From positions 101,494,001 through 101,558,000 of the forward strand of contig NC_043002.1 of assembly GCF_006345805.1 (NCBI RefSeq): DNA of 64,000 bases, written 5' to 3'. Shown here one piece after another: positions 13,429 to 31,051 of this stretch. Source of the DNA: Octopus sinensis. Its lineage: Eukaryota. The notes under the pieces are model-generated. The model made no database searches, had not been told where the DNA came from, and was given only the letters and a program-made list of their open reading frames with translations. Position 1 is the stretch's first letter. Every line of letters begins with the position of its first letter. The position numbers and the translations under genes were made by a program.

Positions 13429-13921
13429 TAACTTTTAAAAATGTTTGATAGATGCGGTTAATTCATTCTCTCTTACCTGTTTGTGTCAGCCTTCCAATTG
13501 CTGTTTTTACTGAGATCTCCCTTTTTAGTGGAAGAAATAGCTATAACCCTTTGACTGCTATTTCTAAATTCGGTATGGGTAAGGCAACTCGTTGCTGAAC
13601 CCTTATTGCTTAGTATTACTTAAATTTTCCTCAAATGAGGCTTTTACATGCCGAAGACTACTGGTGTAATTGATAATTATTCCAAATTAATTAATTTCAC
13701 CCTTCATTATTACGGATAACCATATTTTATCTCAGTAGATGACTACAGCATCTTGTTTTGGCTACACGCGGGTGGGAAGGGGCTGTTGACACAATCGTTT
13801 CATTCACAAATTTGAATTCGGTGATACTAGTTGAGGATTCTAGCTCGCTCTGATACTGAGTTGAGTTGGTACCTGGTCCTAGTATCTCAAAATTCAATAT
13901 ATAATCATTTATGATTATAGT

Positions 13922-14027
13922 TCCACGCTGAAGAGAAAAGAAGTTTCGGTAAGATAGAATTATTTAATATTATATATTTTAATTCTTATGCTTTCCTAAA
14001 ACTGATTTCGAAACGTCGCTCCGTGGA
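13922..14027 (+). ncRNA. Type I hammerhead ribozyme, array copy 4 (stem III disrupted)
   Basis: Core intact, but stem III reads GAAACGTCGCTC (mutation or read error). Confidence 0.6.
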
Positions 14028-14523
14028 TAACTTTTAAAAATGTTTGATAGATTGCGGTTAATTCATTCTCTCTTACCTGTTTGGTGTCAGCCTTCCAATT
14101 GCTGTTTTTACTGAGATCCTCCCTTTTTAGTGGAAGAATAGCTATAACCCTTTGACTGCTATTTCTAAATTCGGTATGTGGTAAGGCAACTCGTTGCTGA
14201 ACCCTTATTGCTTAGTATTACTTAATTTTCCTCAAATGAGGCTTTTACATGCCGAAGACTACTTGTGTAATTGATAATTATTCCAAATTAATTAATTTCA
14301 CCCTTCATTATTACGGATAACCATATTTTATCTCAGTAGATGACTACAGCATCTTGTTTTGGCTACACGCGGGTGGTGGAAGGGGCTGTTGACACAATCG
14401 TTTCATTCACAAATTTGAATTCGGTGATACTAGTTGAGGATTCTAGCTCGCTCTGATACTGAGTTGAGTTGGTACCTCCTAGTATCTCAAAATTCAATAT
14501 ATAATCATTTATGATTATAGTAT

Positions 14524-14629
14524 TCCACGCTGAAGAGAAAAGAATTTCGGTAAGATAGAATTATTTAATATTTAATATTTTAATTCTTATGCTTTCCTAA
14601 AACTTGATTTCGAAACGTACGTCCGTGGA
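14524..14629 (+). ncRNA. Type I hammerhead ribozyme, array copy 5
   Basis: CTGAAGA 14530; GAAACGTACGTC 14612-14623. Confidence 0.85.
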
Positions 14630-15122
14630 TAACTTTTAAAAATGTTTGATATAGATTGCGGTTAATTCATTCTCTCTACTGTTTTGTGTCAGCCTTCCAA
14701 TTGCTGTTTTTACTGAGATCTCCCTTTTTAGTGGAAGAAATAGCTATAACCCTTTGACTGCTATTTCTAAATTCGGTATGTGGTAAGGCAACTCGTTGCT
14801 GAACCCTTATTGCTTAGTATTACTTAAATTTTCCTCAAATGAGGCTTTTACATGCCGAAGACACTACTTGGTGTAATTGATAATTATTCCAAATTAATTA
14901 TTTCACCCTTCATTATTACGGATAACCATATTTTATCTCAGTAGATGACTACAGCATCTTGTTTTGGCTACACGCGGGTGGGAAGGGCTGTTGACACAAT
15001 CGTTTCATTCAAATTTGAATTCGGTGATACTAGTTGAGGATTCTAGCTCGCTCTGATACTGAGTTGAGTGGTACCTCCTAGTATCTCAAAATTCAATATA
15101 TAATCATTTATGATTATAGTAT

Positions 15123-15228
15123 TCCACGCTGAAGAGAAAAGAAGTTTCGGTAAGATAGAATTATTTAATATTAATATTTTAATTCTTATGCTTTCCTAAA
15201 ACTTGATTTCGAAACGTACGTCCGTGGA
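15123..15228 (+). ncRNA. Type I hammerhead ribozyme, array copy 6
   Basis: CTGAAGA 15129; GAAACGTACGTC 15211-15222. Confidence 0.85.
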
Positions 15229-15720
15229 TAACTTTTAAAAATGTTTGATAGATTGCGGTTAATTCATTCTCTCTTACCTGTTTGTGTCAGCCTTCCAATT
15301 GCTGTTTTTACTGAGATCTCCCTTTTTAGTGAAGAAATAGCTATAACCCTTTGACTGCTATTTCTAAATTCGGTATGTGGTAAGGCAACTCGTTGCTGAA
15401 CCCTTATTGCTTAGTATTACTTAAATTTTCCTCAAATGAGGCTTTTACATGCCGAAGACTACTTGGTGTAATTGATAATTATCCAAATTAATTAATTTCA
15501 CCCTTCATTATTACGGATAACCATATTTTATCTCAGTAGATGACTACAGCATCTTGTTTTGGCTACACGCGGGTGGGAAGGGGCTGTTGACACAATCGTT
15601 TCATTCAAAATTTGAATTCGGTGATACTAGTTGAGGATTCTAGCTCGCTCTGATACTGAGTTGAGTTGGTACCTCCTAGTATCTCAAAATTCAATATATA
15701 ATCATTTATGATTATAGTAT

Positions 15721-15827
15721 TCCACGCTGAAGAGAAAAGAAGTTTCGGTAAGATAGAATTATTTAATATTTAATATTTTAATTCTTATGCTCCTAAAAAA
15801 CTTGATTTCGAAACGTACGTCCGTGGA
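15721..15827 (+). ncRNA. Type I hammerhead ribozyme, array copy 7
   Basis: CTGAAGA 15727; GAAACGTACGTC 15810-15821. Confidence 0.85.
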
Positions 15828-16318
15828 TAACTTTTAAAAATGTTTGATAGATTGCGGTTAATTCATTCTCTCTTACCTGTTTGTGTCAGCCTTCCAATTG
15901 CTGTTTTTACTGAGATCTCCCTTTTTAGTGGAAGAAATAGCTATAACCCTTTGACTGCTATTTCTAAATTCGGTATGTGGTAAGGCAACTCGTTGCTGAA
16001 CCCTTATGCTTAGTATTACTTAATTTTCCTCAAATGAGGCTTTTACATGCCGAAGACTACTTGGTGTAATTGATAATTATTCCAAATTAATTAATTTCAC
16101 CCTTCATTATTACGGATAACCATATTTTATCTCAGTAGATGACTACAGCATCTTGTTTTGGCTACACGCGGGTGGGAAGGGGCTGTTGACACAATCGTTT
16201 CATTCACAAATTTGAATTCGGTGATACTAGTGAGGATTCTAGCTCGCTCTGATACTGAGTTGAGTTGGTACCTCCTAGTATCTCAAAATTCAATATATAA
16301 TCATTATGATTATAGTAT

Positions 16319-16423
16319 TCCACGCTGAAGAGAAAAGAAGTTTCGGTAAGATAGAATTATTTAATATTAATATTTTAATTCTTATGCTTTCCTAAAACTT
16401 GATTCGAAACGTACGTCCGTGGA
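16319..16423 (+). ncRNA. Type I hammerhead ribozyme, array copy 8
   Basis: CTGAAGA 16325; GAAACGTACGTC 16406-16417. Confidence 0.8.
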
Positions 16424-16959
16424 TAACTTTAAAAATGTTTGATAGATTGCGGTTAATTCATTCTCTCTTACCTGTTTGTGTCAGCCTTCCAATTGCTGTT
16501 TTTACTGAGATCTCCCTTTTTAGTGGAAGAAATAGCTATAACCCTTTGACTGCTATTTCTAAATTCGGTATGTGGTAAGGCAACTCGTTGCTGAACCATT
16601 ATTGCTTAGTATTACTTAATATATATATATTATATATAATATATATTAGATATATATATATATATATATATATACGTATGTATGTGTATATTTTCGAACC
16701 CAGGACGCATAAGGCCAGCTACCTTATAAGTGATCGAGATTACAACATCCCTGCCTGAATGGAACGCTGCTCTGTTGCCGAGTTCAAGGTAAGCAGTTTT
16801 CAGAGGGGGGGGGGTACGATATCGATTACATCGACTGCAATGCTCACTGCTACATTCATTTATCGATCCTGAACCGATGAATGGCGTAGTCAAACCCGGC
16901 GGAATTTGAAAACTTAGCATTTGGTCCGATCTGCTAACGACTCTACCATCTCATCGCCT

Positions 16960-16965
16960 TGTCTG

Positions 16966-17050
<85 letters not shown>

Positions 17051-17068
17051 TTGTCTATCTATCTATCT

Positions 17069-17099
<31 letters not shown>

Positions 17100-17340
17100 T
17101 TATCTATATTTGCGTGTCTCTCTGTCTATTTATATATCTTTACTTTTCCTTTCTCCCCATATATATATATGTATGTACATGTATGCACGTTTATATATAT
17201 ATATGTATGTATATACATATATATATATTGTGTGTTGAGTTCTTATATATATATAATTATATATATCATATATCATATATTATATATGTATTAATATATA
17301 TATATATAATATATATATATATATATAGATATATATAATG
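16960..17340. repeat. (TCTA)n and (TA)n microsatellites
   Basis: Visible runs. Confidence 0.95.
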
Positions 17341-18680
17341 CACCCCAACACATACAGCTGCCGCCCACATATGTATGTACATATGTATACGTGCATTATG
17401 TATGTGTATAGACGTCCGCATACGTTCGACTGTAAAAACAGGGGGGAATGAGAGTAAAGGAATAGATTTTTAAATAAGGTTATAATAAGAATGTCACAAT
17501 GAAATAAGTCATCAGGGTAAATTCTACGATTCGTTTCACCAGTAAAAAGAAATGAAGAGAAAGAGGAGAAGCCCGACCAAACTCCGCATGTTAAATTAGA
17601 GGCAATAAGTAACCGTCATAGAAAGAGAGCAGTCCTTCTTTTCCGTCTATTCAGTTTGTGAATGTGTTTGTTTCTATAGTTAATTTAACTTTAACTCATT
17701 TTATTTGCCACTTTCGTTTCTCACCCGAAATTCATCTGACATTGTCCACTAGACAATACAATTCATTTTGAATAAGCAAGCGGCTTTCTTATTTCATTAT
17801 AGCTCTCTTCAAAACGACTTTTATCTTGATTGTTCAAGACATGAAAACCGTAAAAATGTAAAATAATACCAAAAGATGAAGTGCATAAAAAAGCAAAAAA
17901 AAAAAAAATAGAAATAAAAATATATAAAAAATTAAATACGAAATTAAACAAAAAAAATTTAAATACCCTTTCTCAAGAGAAAAAACACAACAAAACAAAA
18001 CAGACGACACCAACAAACAACACACAAAAACAACGACAATAACGGAAAGAAATTCATTATAACCAGTTGTTTTCAGGGATATTCAATCAGTGAAATTCAC
18101 GTTACTATCAAAGTCGATTCTTAAAAACTCATTTGATGTTATTGTATTTTCTGAGATGAATTCAATTCACTCTCTCTGGGTTCAATATCTGTATTTTCTA
18201 TTCATATTAAGCCTAAACAACTCAAAGAAGCAGACATTTTTCCTTTCATTTATTTCCCCTTATTCAAAATACTCTTGTTTATTCATTTCAAGCATCGTGT
18301 TTTCTTTCTTTTTTTTTTCGCACGCAGAAGGTCAGAAGATTTCATAAAAAAAAAAAGAAAAGTAGAAAATAAAAGAGGAAAATGTATTTAGAAAATGGCA
18401 GTCTTTAGAAAACGTGGTGTATTTGATAGCGTTGGTTAGTTAAGTTCTAATCAAGGCGGACACATCGTATCAAATTTATATTAAAATATTTCAATGGTCG
18501 TGAACGGTGGATGTATTCATATGAGTTATAACGATGATAGTGACGGGGTGTTGATAATATAGCTGATGATAATGAAGCTGATGATGATGATGATGATGAT
18601 GATGATGGTGATGGTGATGGTGATGATGATGATGATGATGATGATGAATTTTCTGTCGATTATTTTTATTATTATTATCA

Positions 18681-19150
18681 TTATTATTGAGTGAGAGAGC
18701 AGTTCATGCCATCAAAGTGACACTGGGGTAAAATATACGAAGCCCAATATACCCATCATGACTACCCGTCTGATAAGGGCACACCAGGCACATGCATCAC
18801 AACCATATGTGCGCGACATGGTGATCTCATATCAAGATAAACAGCACATGACCTTGCAGGTGGGGCCCAGTAAGAATTTTCTTCAGATCGAGTAACCCAT
18901 CCCGCTCAAAAGGTCCCTGATTAAGGGTTGTTTAAGGATGTTGAAAGAACCACCCATGTTTCCAGAGGTGAATTATTCAAACCCCAAAGAATCCCTCTCA
19001 ACACATGGCTATGATGCTCCCCCACTACTTCTGCTCGTGATCAGAGATGCACATATCGTCAGCCACTAAGGGAAATGCTCAACTGGTTAAGGTCAAACAC
19101 CTGACAAGCAAATCTGTGGTATTGAGCAGAATATTTGCTGTAGCCCATTA
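18681..19150 (+). mobile_element. Interspersed repeat (unclassified); partial inverted copy at about 57600-57770
   Basis: gatgcacatatcgtcagccactaaggga..tgctcaactggttaaggtcaaa..ctgacaagcaaatctgtggtattgagcagaatatttgctgtagcccat recurs inverted at about 57668-57765. Confidence 0.7.
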
Positions 19151-19162
19151 TTATTATTATTA

Positions 19163-19207
<45 letters not shown>

Positions 19208-22200
19208 CATCATCATCATCATCAATATCAACAAGGCGGCAAGTTGGTAGAATCATTAGTATGTCGGGCAAAATAGCAGGTGGTATTTCGTCCGTCTTTA
19301 CGTCCGGCTTTTGGATTCTGTCAAGGTGGACTTTGCCTTTCATTCTTTCGTGAGTCGGTAAAATAAGTACCATTTGAAAACTGGGATATATTCGATCTAC
19401 CCTCCCTTAAAATTTTGAAATAAATGTTGTTAATATTACTACGAGGGCGAACGATCTGGCTGCATCGTTAGAGAGCGAACCAAATGCCGTTTCACTATTT
19501 CTTCTGACTTCTGAATTGAAATGCTGGCGACGTGAATTTTGCCTTTCACTCTTTCAGGCTCGATAAAAATAAAGTATCAGTTATCAGTCGAGGGCTGAGG
19601 TTGATGTTGTCCACTTATCCCTTCTTGTTCCATAGAATTTAAATTCATAACGTAAAGAGCTGGAAGAAACATCTCAAGGCAAATTTTCCGACACTGCCGA
19701 ATTTCCCGTCACACAGGAACACTAAAAACATATTACAAAAAATAGACATTAAAGTGATATTTATATTTCTATTGAGGAAAGAAGCTTAAAGGGCAATAAC
19801 GAAATAAGCCATAAAATACCATAAATCGAACGTTAAGCAAGGAGAAGTAAAAAAAAAAAAGAACAACGGAAAAATAGAACTGAAGTCGATGATCGACGAG
19901 GAATTCTAGAATATTCCTACAAGAATCATATACAAGAACCATAGATCTGACTCAGGGTTGGATCTAGGTGCATTGTCGGCATACCCCGTTGGTGTTCTTA
20001 TATATATATATAAATATATATATAGGTGTGTGTTTGTGTGTGTGTGTGTGTTAAACGTATATACAGAAGCACGGAAGGCCAGTATAAGGCTGTATTCGTT
20101 TGGAGGTTTCTCAATAACTTTTAAGTCTCCAAAATATAATTCAACGGTAAAAGAGTGAGAAGTGAAAATCGATCTTGATTAATAAGTAGAACTTCATAGA
20201 AACGTTGGTCTCAATATTGAATTGGCCTGATTTGGTATTGATCTCGCAAACATCTGTGCAGATATATTTCCAGGGAGGAACGCATTGAGAAGCTAAATGA
20301 GAGGAGGAGAATGAAATATGCTACGTTGGTGATGTTTTATGGAAGTAATGATTGTAATGCAAGGTGTGATCTCGTCGAGGTACAATGCGGATGTGCTGCA
20401 AACCATTCCCTCGACAGAGCTTGCAAGATGCTTAGCACCAGAGGCCCGAAGGCGGAAGGCTATCAGGTGGGGGTGTAGATGTAGTAGAGAGTGTCCCAAG
20501 AATGAAGAGGTTTGTGTCATAGAACTGTTGATGCTACGAGCTGTAATGCTAGCGGGATAGAAGCGCGGCCTTGATTAACCCTAGTAGGGAAACCTGGTTG
20601 GGCTTGCCTGAAATCTGAAAGACTCAAAACACCCCATGACTCCAGGAAATGTAACCGATTAAATGTCCAGGTGCCTCTCAAAAATATGGTATTTATAAAT
20701 ACTAATTATAGATTTGGTTCTCTTCACATTCTGTATTTTTATATTTCCATTTTTTCCTGTATTCTAACTAATAATTCCATCTTACTTCCAAAAAGCGACA
20801 TTGTCTATCGAGAATAATTCTTCGATAAGAACCTCTCCTAGCTAGAAAGTGAAGCAGAGATATTGTAGAATTAAAACACAAGTATGGCTATGCCTAACTA
20901 GCAGGGGATTGTGTAACGTAACCCAAGCAGCTACCAACCAGGAGGCACGGAAAATTGATAAAGATTCCATGTCTTGATTGCATCACTACCCTCCACACTT
21001 CCAGCCCCCGTAACTACCGACCGATAATCTGTTTACTAACCATACCCAATGTCCTGACATCAATACTCTCCAATAAGTAGGTTTATCAGTTGGGATGTAA
21101 TGACATTTTATGAGAAGAGGCAGAAGGGGCATTAGAGAAAGATATGACGATGCAAGAGCAGTTATTGGTGAACTGAGCTGCCTGTGAAGCTAAAAGAAAA
21201 GCGAAATCTAAGGATCACATGAATTGATTACGCAAAACCTCCAAAACTTCTGGATATTGGGAGAGAGGCTATACATAAAAGAGGCGACCTTAATACGCAA
21301 GCAATATATCAATAAAGCATGTCAAAGTAACCTTGCATGATAAAGAGTTCTTAGAAAACATCGCTGACCCCTACAGGAAGGTAGAGTTTCAGATGCAAAG
21401 AGAGAGAGAGATAGAGAGAGAATGAGAGAGAGAGAGGGGGGAAAGAAAAGGAGAGAAAGTGAAAGACAAAGAGAGACAAACAGACGGAGAGTGTGTGTGT
21501 GCGTGTGTGTGTTCCTAATCTGATGAACGAATTCATCAATGGTTACAAGTAATGATGAAAATTATAAGCCCATCGCTGCAGGATTTAAAACATTTTAGAA
21601 GAGAAAATTACGTTCTGTATTTAACTGTGAAACTACTTGGCCACAATGTTGAGAGTGCTTGGGTGTTTAACTGAAGATCGAATGTTTGTAGTTTCGATTC
21701 CTAGAAAACCCATTGCGTTGTGTTCATGCGAAAACCTCTTCATTTCACGTTGCTCCAGCGCACTCAACTATAAATGACTCATCTTACGACCGAGTGGCGT
21801 CCCCTTCAAGGAGGATGTTGTGATCCCAGTTACTTATACGCCATGGCAAACGGGTAACCGCCCCTACATTCCTTGCACTGTAGACAGCTTTGTTCCGGTG
21901 ACTTAATTTTTTTTACATGATCTTCTACAACGCGTTTGTACAAAACAGAGGATTAGACAAATATATAAAAAAATCTACAGTGAATTAATCAGAAATCAGA
22001 TTATAACCTCGATCAATATAGAAATCGGAGAATTACAGGAAACCGCCGACAAAGATATTTCTAAGTAGTTAAAACCGATAAGAAACAACAGAGGTAAATG
22101 AAGGAGAAGTTTTAAATTATACAACACAGAAGAATTAAACTTATAATGTAAGTTGAATTCGAAACGAGAAATAATAATTTAGTTCAAAATACTACAATCC

Positions 22201-23199
22201 TTCTCGTTAAACTACAGCTATATAATAATGACTGAATTGGAAATTAAGCGAATTCGAAGAACGTAGATTGGAAAGCCTAAAATTCTGCCATCGGATTCTA
22301 TTCACTGAAAGGTAATTTCGCTAGGATAAATCTGTTCATGTGCAGGGTCGTGTGTGCCCATGGATAGATTTTAAAGAAAATTAGAGAACTATAACAAGGT
22401 GAGTACTACAGGAGTAGAGGGGGAAACTAGCATAACGAGGGATCACAGAAAAAATCTCTCTCTTTCTCTGTTTCAAACCTACGCTCTTCTACAGAAAGGG
22501 ACACAGAAATAAACAAGGAGAGAAACAAATGTGTGTAGTGGCTACCGAACTATCAACGCGACTGCCGGACAGTAGGGCCCCACAAGAGAACGAAGAAGTA
22601 GGGGAGATAACAAAGTAAAGGTGATCCCCAAAAGGAAGGTGCGCGTGTGTGTAAGAGAGTACGTATGTGCGATTGAAAGACGGCTGGTGTTCTTGACGTG
22701 TGCGTGTGTGTATGTGTAGGTGTGAAAATGTGGGGATAGGAATTGGTCAGTGCTGGTGTGCAGGTAGTGGTGTGTTGTGATGTGATGTGTATTGTGGTAT
22801 GGTGTAGTGTGGTGTGGTGTGATGTTGGGAGGTGGGGAGGCGTACACACACATAGATACATATACATATATGTATGCATGTGTGTGTTTGTGTGTGTATG
22901 TATATATACGCGTACATATTCATAGATATACATATATATGTGTGTGTGCGTGTGTGTGTGTATGTATATATATACATATATAGATGAGTGTATTTTTACC
23001 TTGTTAACAATTAACACGGAAAAATGCGTTAACTCCATTTTTTATTCATATATACATATATATATATGTATACATATATGTATGTGTGTGTGTCAGTTAT
23101 TGGTATCCAGAAGACCCAAGATGGCAGGTAATGCCGTTTAAGTGCCATGGAAGGACCGTAGTTATACTCTCAGTGTTATAATGATACGAATTAAATAAA

Positions 23200-23625
23200 T
23201 TTAGAAAATCCCTCTGCTATGGAATGTATTCATAAACAGCAACTCAGGGAATACTTGTGGATTATTCCCATCAAGACTTATGTAAAATGTAAGTATAACA
23301 GGCCGGATAGTGTTGTTTGTGTCAGAGGAGCAAAGCTATGTACCATCATAGAAGTTAGTTGCCCTGCAGATATAAATATATCTTTGGAAATCAAAGAAAA
23401 CGAAGATATCAATGGAGAGCTGCTTCGAAACCTCCAGCTTCTATATCCAGACTATGAATTTATATTGATACCAATAATAATTGGAGTACTAGGTTTTGTT
23501 AATAAATGCTTAAAGGAGACTCTGGATAAACTGGGGTTTTCAGAAAGAAAAAATACCCGGCTGATTCGTACATTTTAAGTCCAATCTGTGAGTGGACCAG
23601 GAAAAATATGCAAGACTTTTCTCAA
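23200..23625 (+). pseudogene. Degenerate restriction-like endonuclease (RLE) domain of an R4-type non-LTR retrotransposon
   Basis: ORF 23219-23578: NRPDSVV...TIIEVSCPAD...LIPIIIGVLG matches the PD-(D/E)xK RLE pattern seen at 28320-28500. Confidence 0.75.
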
Positions 23626-24319
23626 GTTACAAATGTGAATGTGTCTATGTTAACTACATCCCAAAGATGGAGGCTTGTATTTTTGTTGGAGATTGGCTCC
23701 CCGCTCAGTGGAAGGTTTATGATAGTTGAAAAATAAAAGAGACATACATACACACAAAATACCCTGTTGCTGATGTAGAAATTCCAATGAAGGAGGCTTG
23801 GATCTAGGTTAGAAACCGGCTCTTTCTCTATTGGCAAGAAATATTGAAATACAACTGAATAATAACATACATGCGTACATACATACATATATACATACAT
23901 ACATACATACATACATACATACATACATAATACATACATACATACATACATACATGATACATACAAGATACATACATACATGCTGGCATTAAAGTATGTA
24001 AGCATAACGGAAGTCCTCGATTTTGCGATCATGAGTGCAATATCCTAACCACCTAAACATTAATATTTGGTAAATGTATCCTCACATGACATGTATATGG
24101 GTGTTATGTGGGTGTGACTGTGTAACTCTTTGTGTGTGTGTGTGTGTGTGTGAATGTCTGTGTGTGTGTGTAAGTATGTATGTATTGTGTAAGGAAACAA
24201 ATAAAGCTTCGACTAGAAACTAATTACACTATAGATAAAATGATTTCGGTTAGGAAATAATAACAGAAAATTTAAACCAAAAAGGAAGTCTGAAAAATAC
24301 TAAAAAAAAAAAAAAAGAT

Positions 24320-24690
24320 TAAATGCATAGAAAACAATGAAAAAATTTATCCATGGTCAGTATTCTGCAAGAGTGGACAAAGAGGAAATGAGCCAATATG
24401 GAAAGCAACAATGGCTCAAAAGCTGTGGACTAAAAGCAGAAATAGAAGGTCTGATTTTAATGGCGACCAATCAATGGATGGCTACAAACACAGGCGAAAT
24501 ATAATAATAACACAGATGGCTAATATCCACGGCCTACTGTTTAATCAATGTAAAGAATCAATCTCGTACGTTATTTCCTGTTTCTCAGTGTTCCAAAAGA
24601 CAATAATTGTGCAAGCATGGCTGGCTATATAACTCTATCCATTGGGAAATATGTAGACATGTCTTCTACGTTACAACTGAGAAATAAGCG
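24320..24690 (+). pseudogene. Highly degenerate R4/Dong fragment
   Basis: QQWLKSCGLKAEIEGLI matches HQWLRSSGLKAESEGFI of the near-intact copy. Confidence 0.6.
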
Positions 24691-25702
24691 CTATAATCAC
24701 GCGCCCAAAGCCTGTATGCGACAGTGTTAGCATTACTTGTGTACGTGCACGTGTCTGTGTGTGTGTGTATGCTTATTCTGTGTGTGTGTGTGTGTGTGTG
24801 TGTGTATTAGTTCATTTATATGTTGTAGTTATGATATGACTTTCATACTTTGGTTTCGATTTCGTATCTGAATGGCTGCTGGGTAAGCTTGTTATTCAGA
24901 GATTAAATCCATGGAATTGGCTGAAGAGTGAGCATTAATAGAACATACACACACACACACTAACACACACACACACACCAGCAGGCACGCGTACACACAT
25001 GCACCCCACATATAAAATACAATCTATACAAATACAGGAAGGGAAGCAAAGGAAAATGGTGTAGCAGTAAATTATATAGGAATCAGTTTAAGCATTCGCC
25101 ATCAGAACTCGACCTTGCAGGGATATCTGTCACTCAGTCCACTTCTTGGTGAGGTTGGCTAGCCTGCTCTCTTATTCACATCATAGCCCTCATCTATCTG
25201 TAAGTTTTGACCGAACCCTAAACCAAGCAGTGTAATCGATCCATCCGCCCAGCTCTTCGCAATATATGACTGAATCGACTTGCCTCACCATGCCCACTAT
25301 CTTGTTGCGGTTTGTCTTTGCTTCTGTCGTCGACTCCTTTCGAATGCTGCCAACCACCTACAAAGGCGTGAATGACAGCAACAATACTGATAATGACAAT
25401 TGTTTCAAGTTTTCTCATAATGCCAACAATTTTAATGGGAGATCGAGAGATGATTAGATTGACCCAAGAAGCTGATTGGCACTTTATTTCATCGACAAAG
25501 TTAACTTCGGTTAGAGTTGAACTTCGAACGTAAGCTCAGATATGTGTACAGATATGTGCTCGGCAGTACACATATTGCAAAGTACTTCCAACGCCGTAGA
25601 AAACGAAACACCACCAGAACAAACCAGAGCAGATACCCAAGTTAACTTGAGCTGCAGACAATGGTGCAGTGAACGAGGGCAATAAAACTACGACTAGGTT
25701 CG

Positions 25703-25792
25703 AAAAATAAGGGGTTATTACCTTAGTTCACCAGTAGTGAACAGCTGACACTGCAGTACATCACCAGCACTAGAAGCTGTGCAAAGACAATG
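25703..25792 (+). mobile_element. 3' UTR end of an R4/Dong family copy followed by (AAT)n
   Basis: ttaccttagttcac..gtagtgaacagctgacactg..gtgcaaag matches 57393-57463, which follows an RLE fragment and precedes (AAT)n. Confidence 0.7.
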
Positions 25793-25801
25793 AATAATAA
25801 C

Positions 25802-25860
<59 letters not shown>

Positions 25861-25876
25861 CAACAACAACAACAAC

Positions 25877-29455
<3,579 letters not shown>

Positions 29456-29497
29456 AATAATAATAATAATATTAATAATAATAATAATAATAATGAT

Positions 29498-29826
29498 AAT
29501 GGAGAAACTTTCAAAATACAAAGACCTGGAAATAGAGGTAACACGAATGTGGAATCTAAAAACAGAAACAATTCCTATCATAGTAGGTGCATTAGGTACG
29601 ACAAAATGAAATATTCTGACAAATACATAACAAAAACACCAGGGCTTACAAATATATATAACATACAGAAAACTGCATTACTGGGCACTGCACACATCCT
29701 ATGCAGAACACTTTCAATACAATAACCACCAGAGCATCACAACAAATCACAGCACATACCCAAGGCACGCAGAGCTGCGCTCGGTAGTGAAGTGAAAGCA
29801 CGCTATAAAAATAAAACTACTGAACC
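29498..29826 (+). mobile_element. Shorter 5'-truncated copy of the same second R4/Dong family, then (ATA)n to 29873
   Basis: Close match to 29128-29455, including the 3' UTR. Confidence 0.85.
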
Positions 29827-29874
<48 letters not shown>

Positions 29875-30599
29875 GAATATTTTTGGGTATATGCAAGTGT
29901 TTGTGAGCATGTATGAAAAAGCGAATTATTCTGGATTCCTTCTTATAGGGAATCGAAACAATGCACGTCATTGCTTAACCATAGGAATGTTCAACGTGAT
30001 ACACGTAAGGATTGATGAAAGAAATATAACAGGAATAATTGAAACACTAAGTGCATGACTGACTGCATTGTGTCTGAAGCCAGTTCGACAGAAGAAATCT
30101 TTTGAAGATTTACAATGGATTAGCAGAAAATTTGTTTAAAATGTAACTGTATTGATGCAGTCAATGGACGTCTTAAAGGAAGTAGTAGAGTGGGATTGAA
30201 GGAAATCTGGCAAAAGACAGATAGCAGGAAATTCTACCGACAGAACACTGTCTGACTTGCTTGAACAGAGGCATAGCTTTGAATAGTAGTTCCAAAGCTG
30301 CAGTTTGTGTTTAACCGATAAACCTCATACCATACATGCGTTGAATAGGAGTGAAACAAATAATCTCGCTACCTTTTCAAAATTGCCCAAGCTCCTCCTC
30401 CTTCTGTGTAGCGATGGCGTTTATTCTGAAGTGAGAGAAAATGCGCTTAATAAGCATGTTGTATCTTTGTGTATTACTTATAGACATGCGAATGCTCGCA
30501 CACATAGACACACAGATACATGCACGCACACATATACACCCATAGACACATACACACACATACAAAACATACATAAATAGATAGATACATACATACATA

Positions 30600-30759
30600 G
30601 GTGCAGGCGTCGTTGTGTAAAAAGAGGCTTGTTTTCCAAGCATATAGACCCGTGTTCAGTCCCATTGCGTGTCACCTTGGGCAAGTGTCTTCTAACATAG
30701 CCTGGGGCCGACGAAAGGCTTGCTAGTGGATTTGGTAGAGGGAAACTGAAAGAAATCCA

Positions 30760-30809
<50 letters not shown>

Positions 30810-30962
30810 CATATGGGAGAGAGAGAGAGAGAGGGATAGATAGATAGAAAGATAGATAGTTGAAAAGAGGTTAGGAGTCCATACAAATAAAAAAATAGTT
30901 AAAAAAAGAGAAAAATTATTTTTTGTGAGGTTTAACAATTTCTATCCATATTTGAGTCCTTA

Positions 30963-31051
<89 letters not shown>

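Larger units (their letters stand above)
11113..16619 (+). mobile_element. Retrozyme-like / Penelope pLTR-like tandem array of ~600-bp hammerhead-containing units (about 8.3 direct units 11640-16619 plus one partial inverted unit 11113-11639), flanked by (TA)n
   Basis: Predicted cleavage C at 12219, 12822, 13422, 14021, 14623, 15222, 15821, 16417 (spacing 596-603). (TA)n flanks at about 11078-11112 and 16620-16675. No RT or endonuclease ORF in the unit. Confidence 0.8.

Noticed and set aside
11640-16619. Array as a CRISPR array or a tandem coding-exon repeat
   Set aside because: Eukaryotic context with whole 600-bp units identical and no unique spacers. All frames of the unit close, and the 60-72 aa ORFs match nothing I recognise.
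18300-18336. Possible 3-nt microexon (strong pyrimidine tract, CAG|AAG|GTCAGA)
   Set aside because: Weak donor and no host gene evidence; chance occurrence is likely.
20280-21370. Possible decayed CR1-like LINE remnant
   Set aside because: Only faint similarity; no intact RT motif can be shown.
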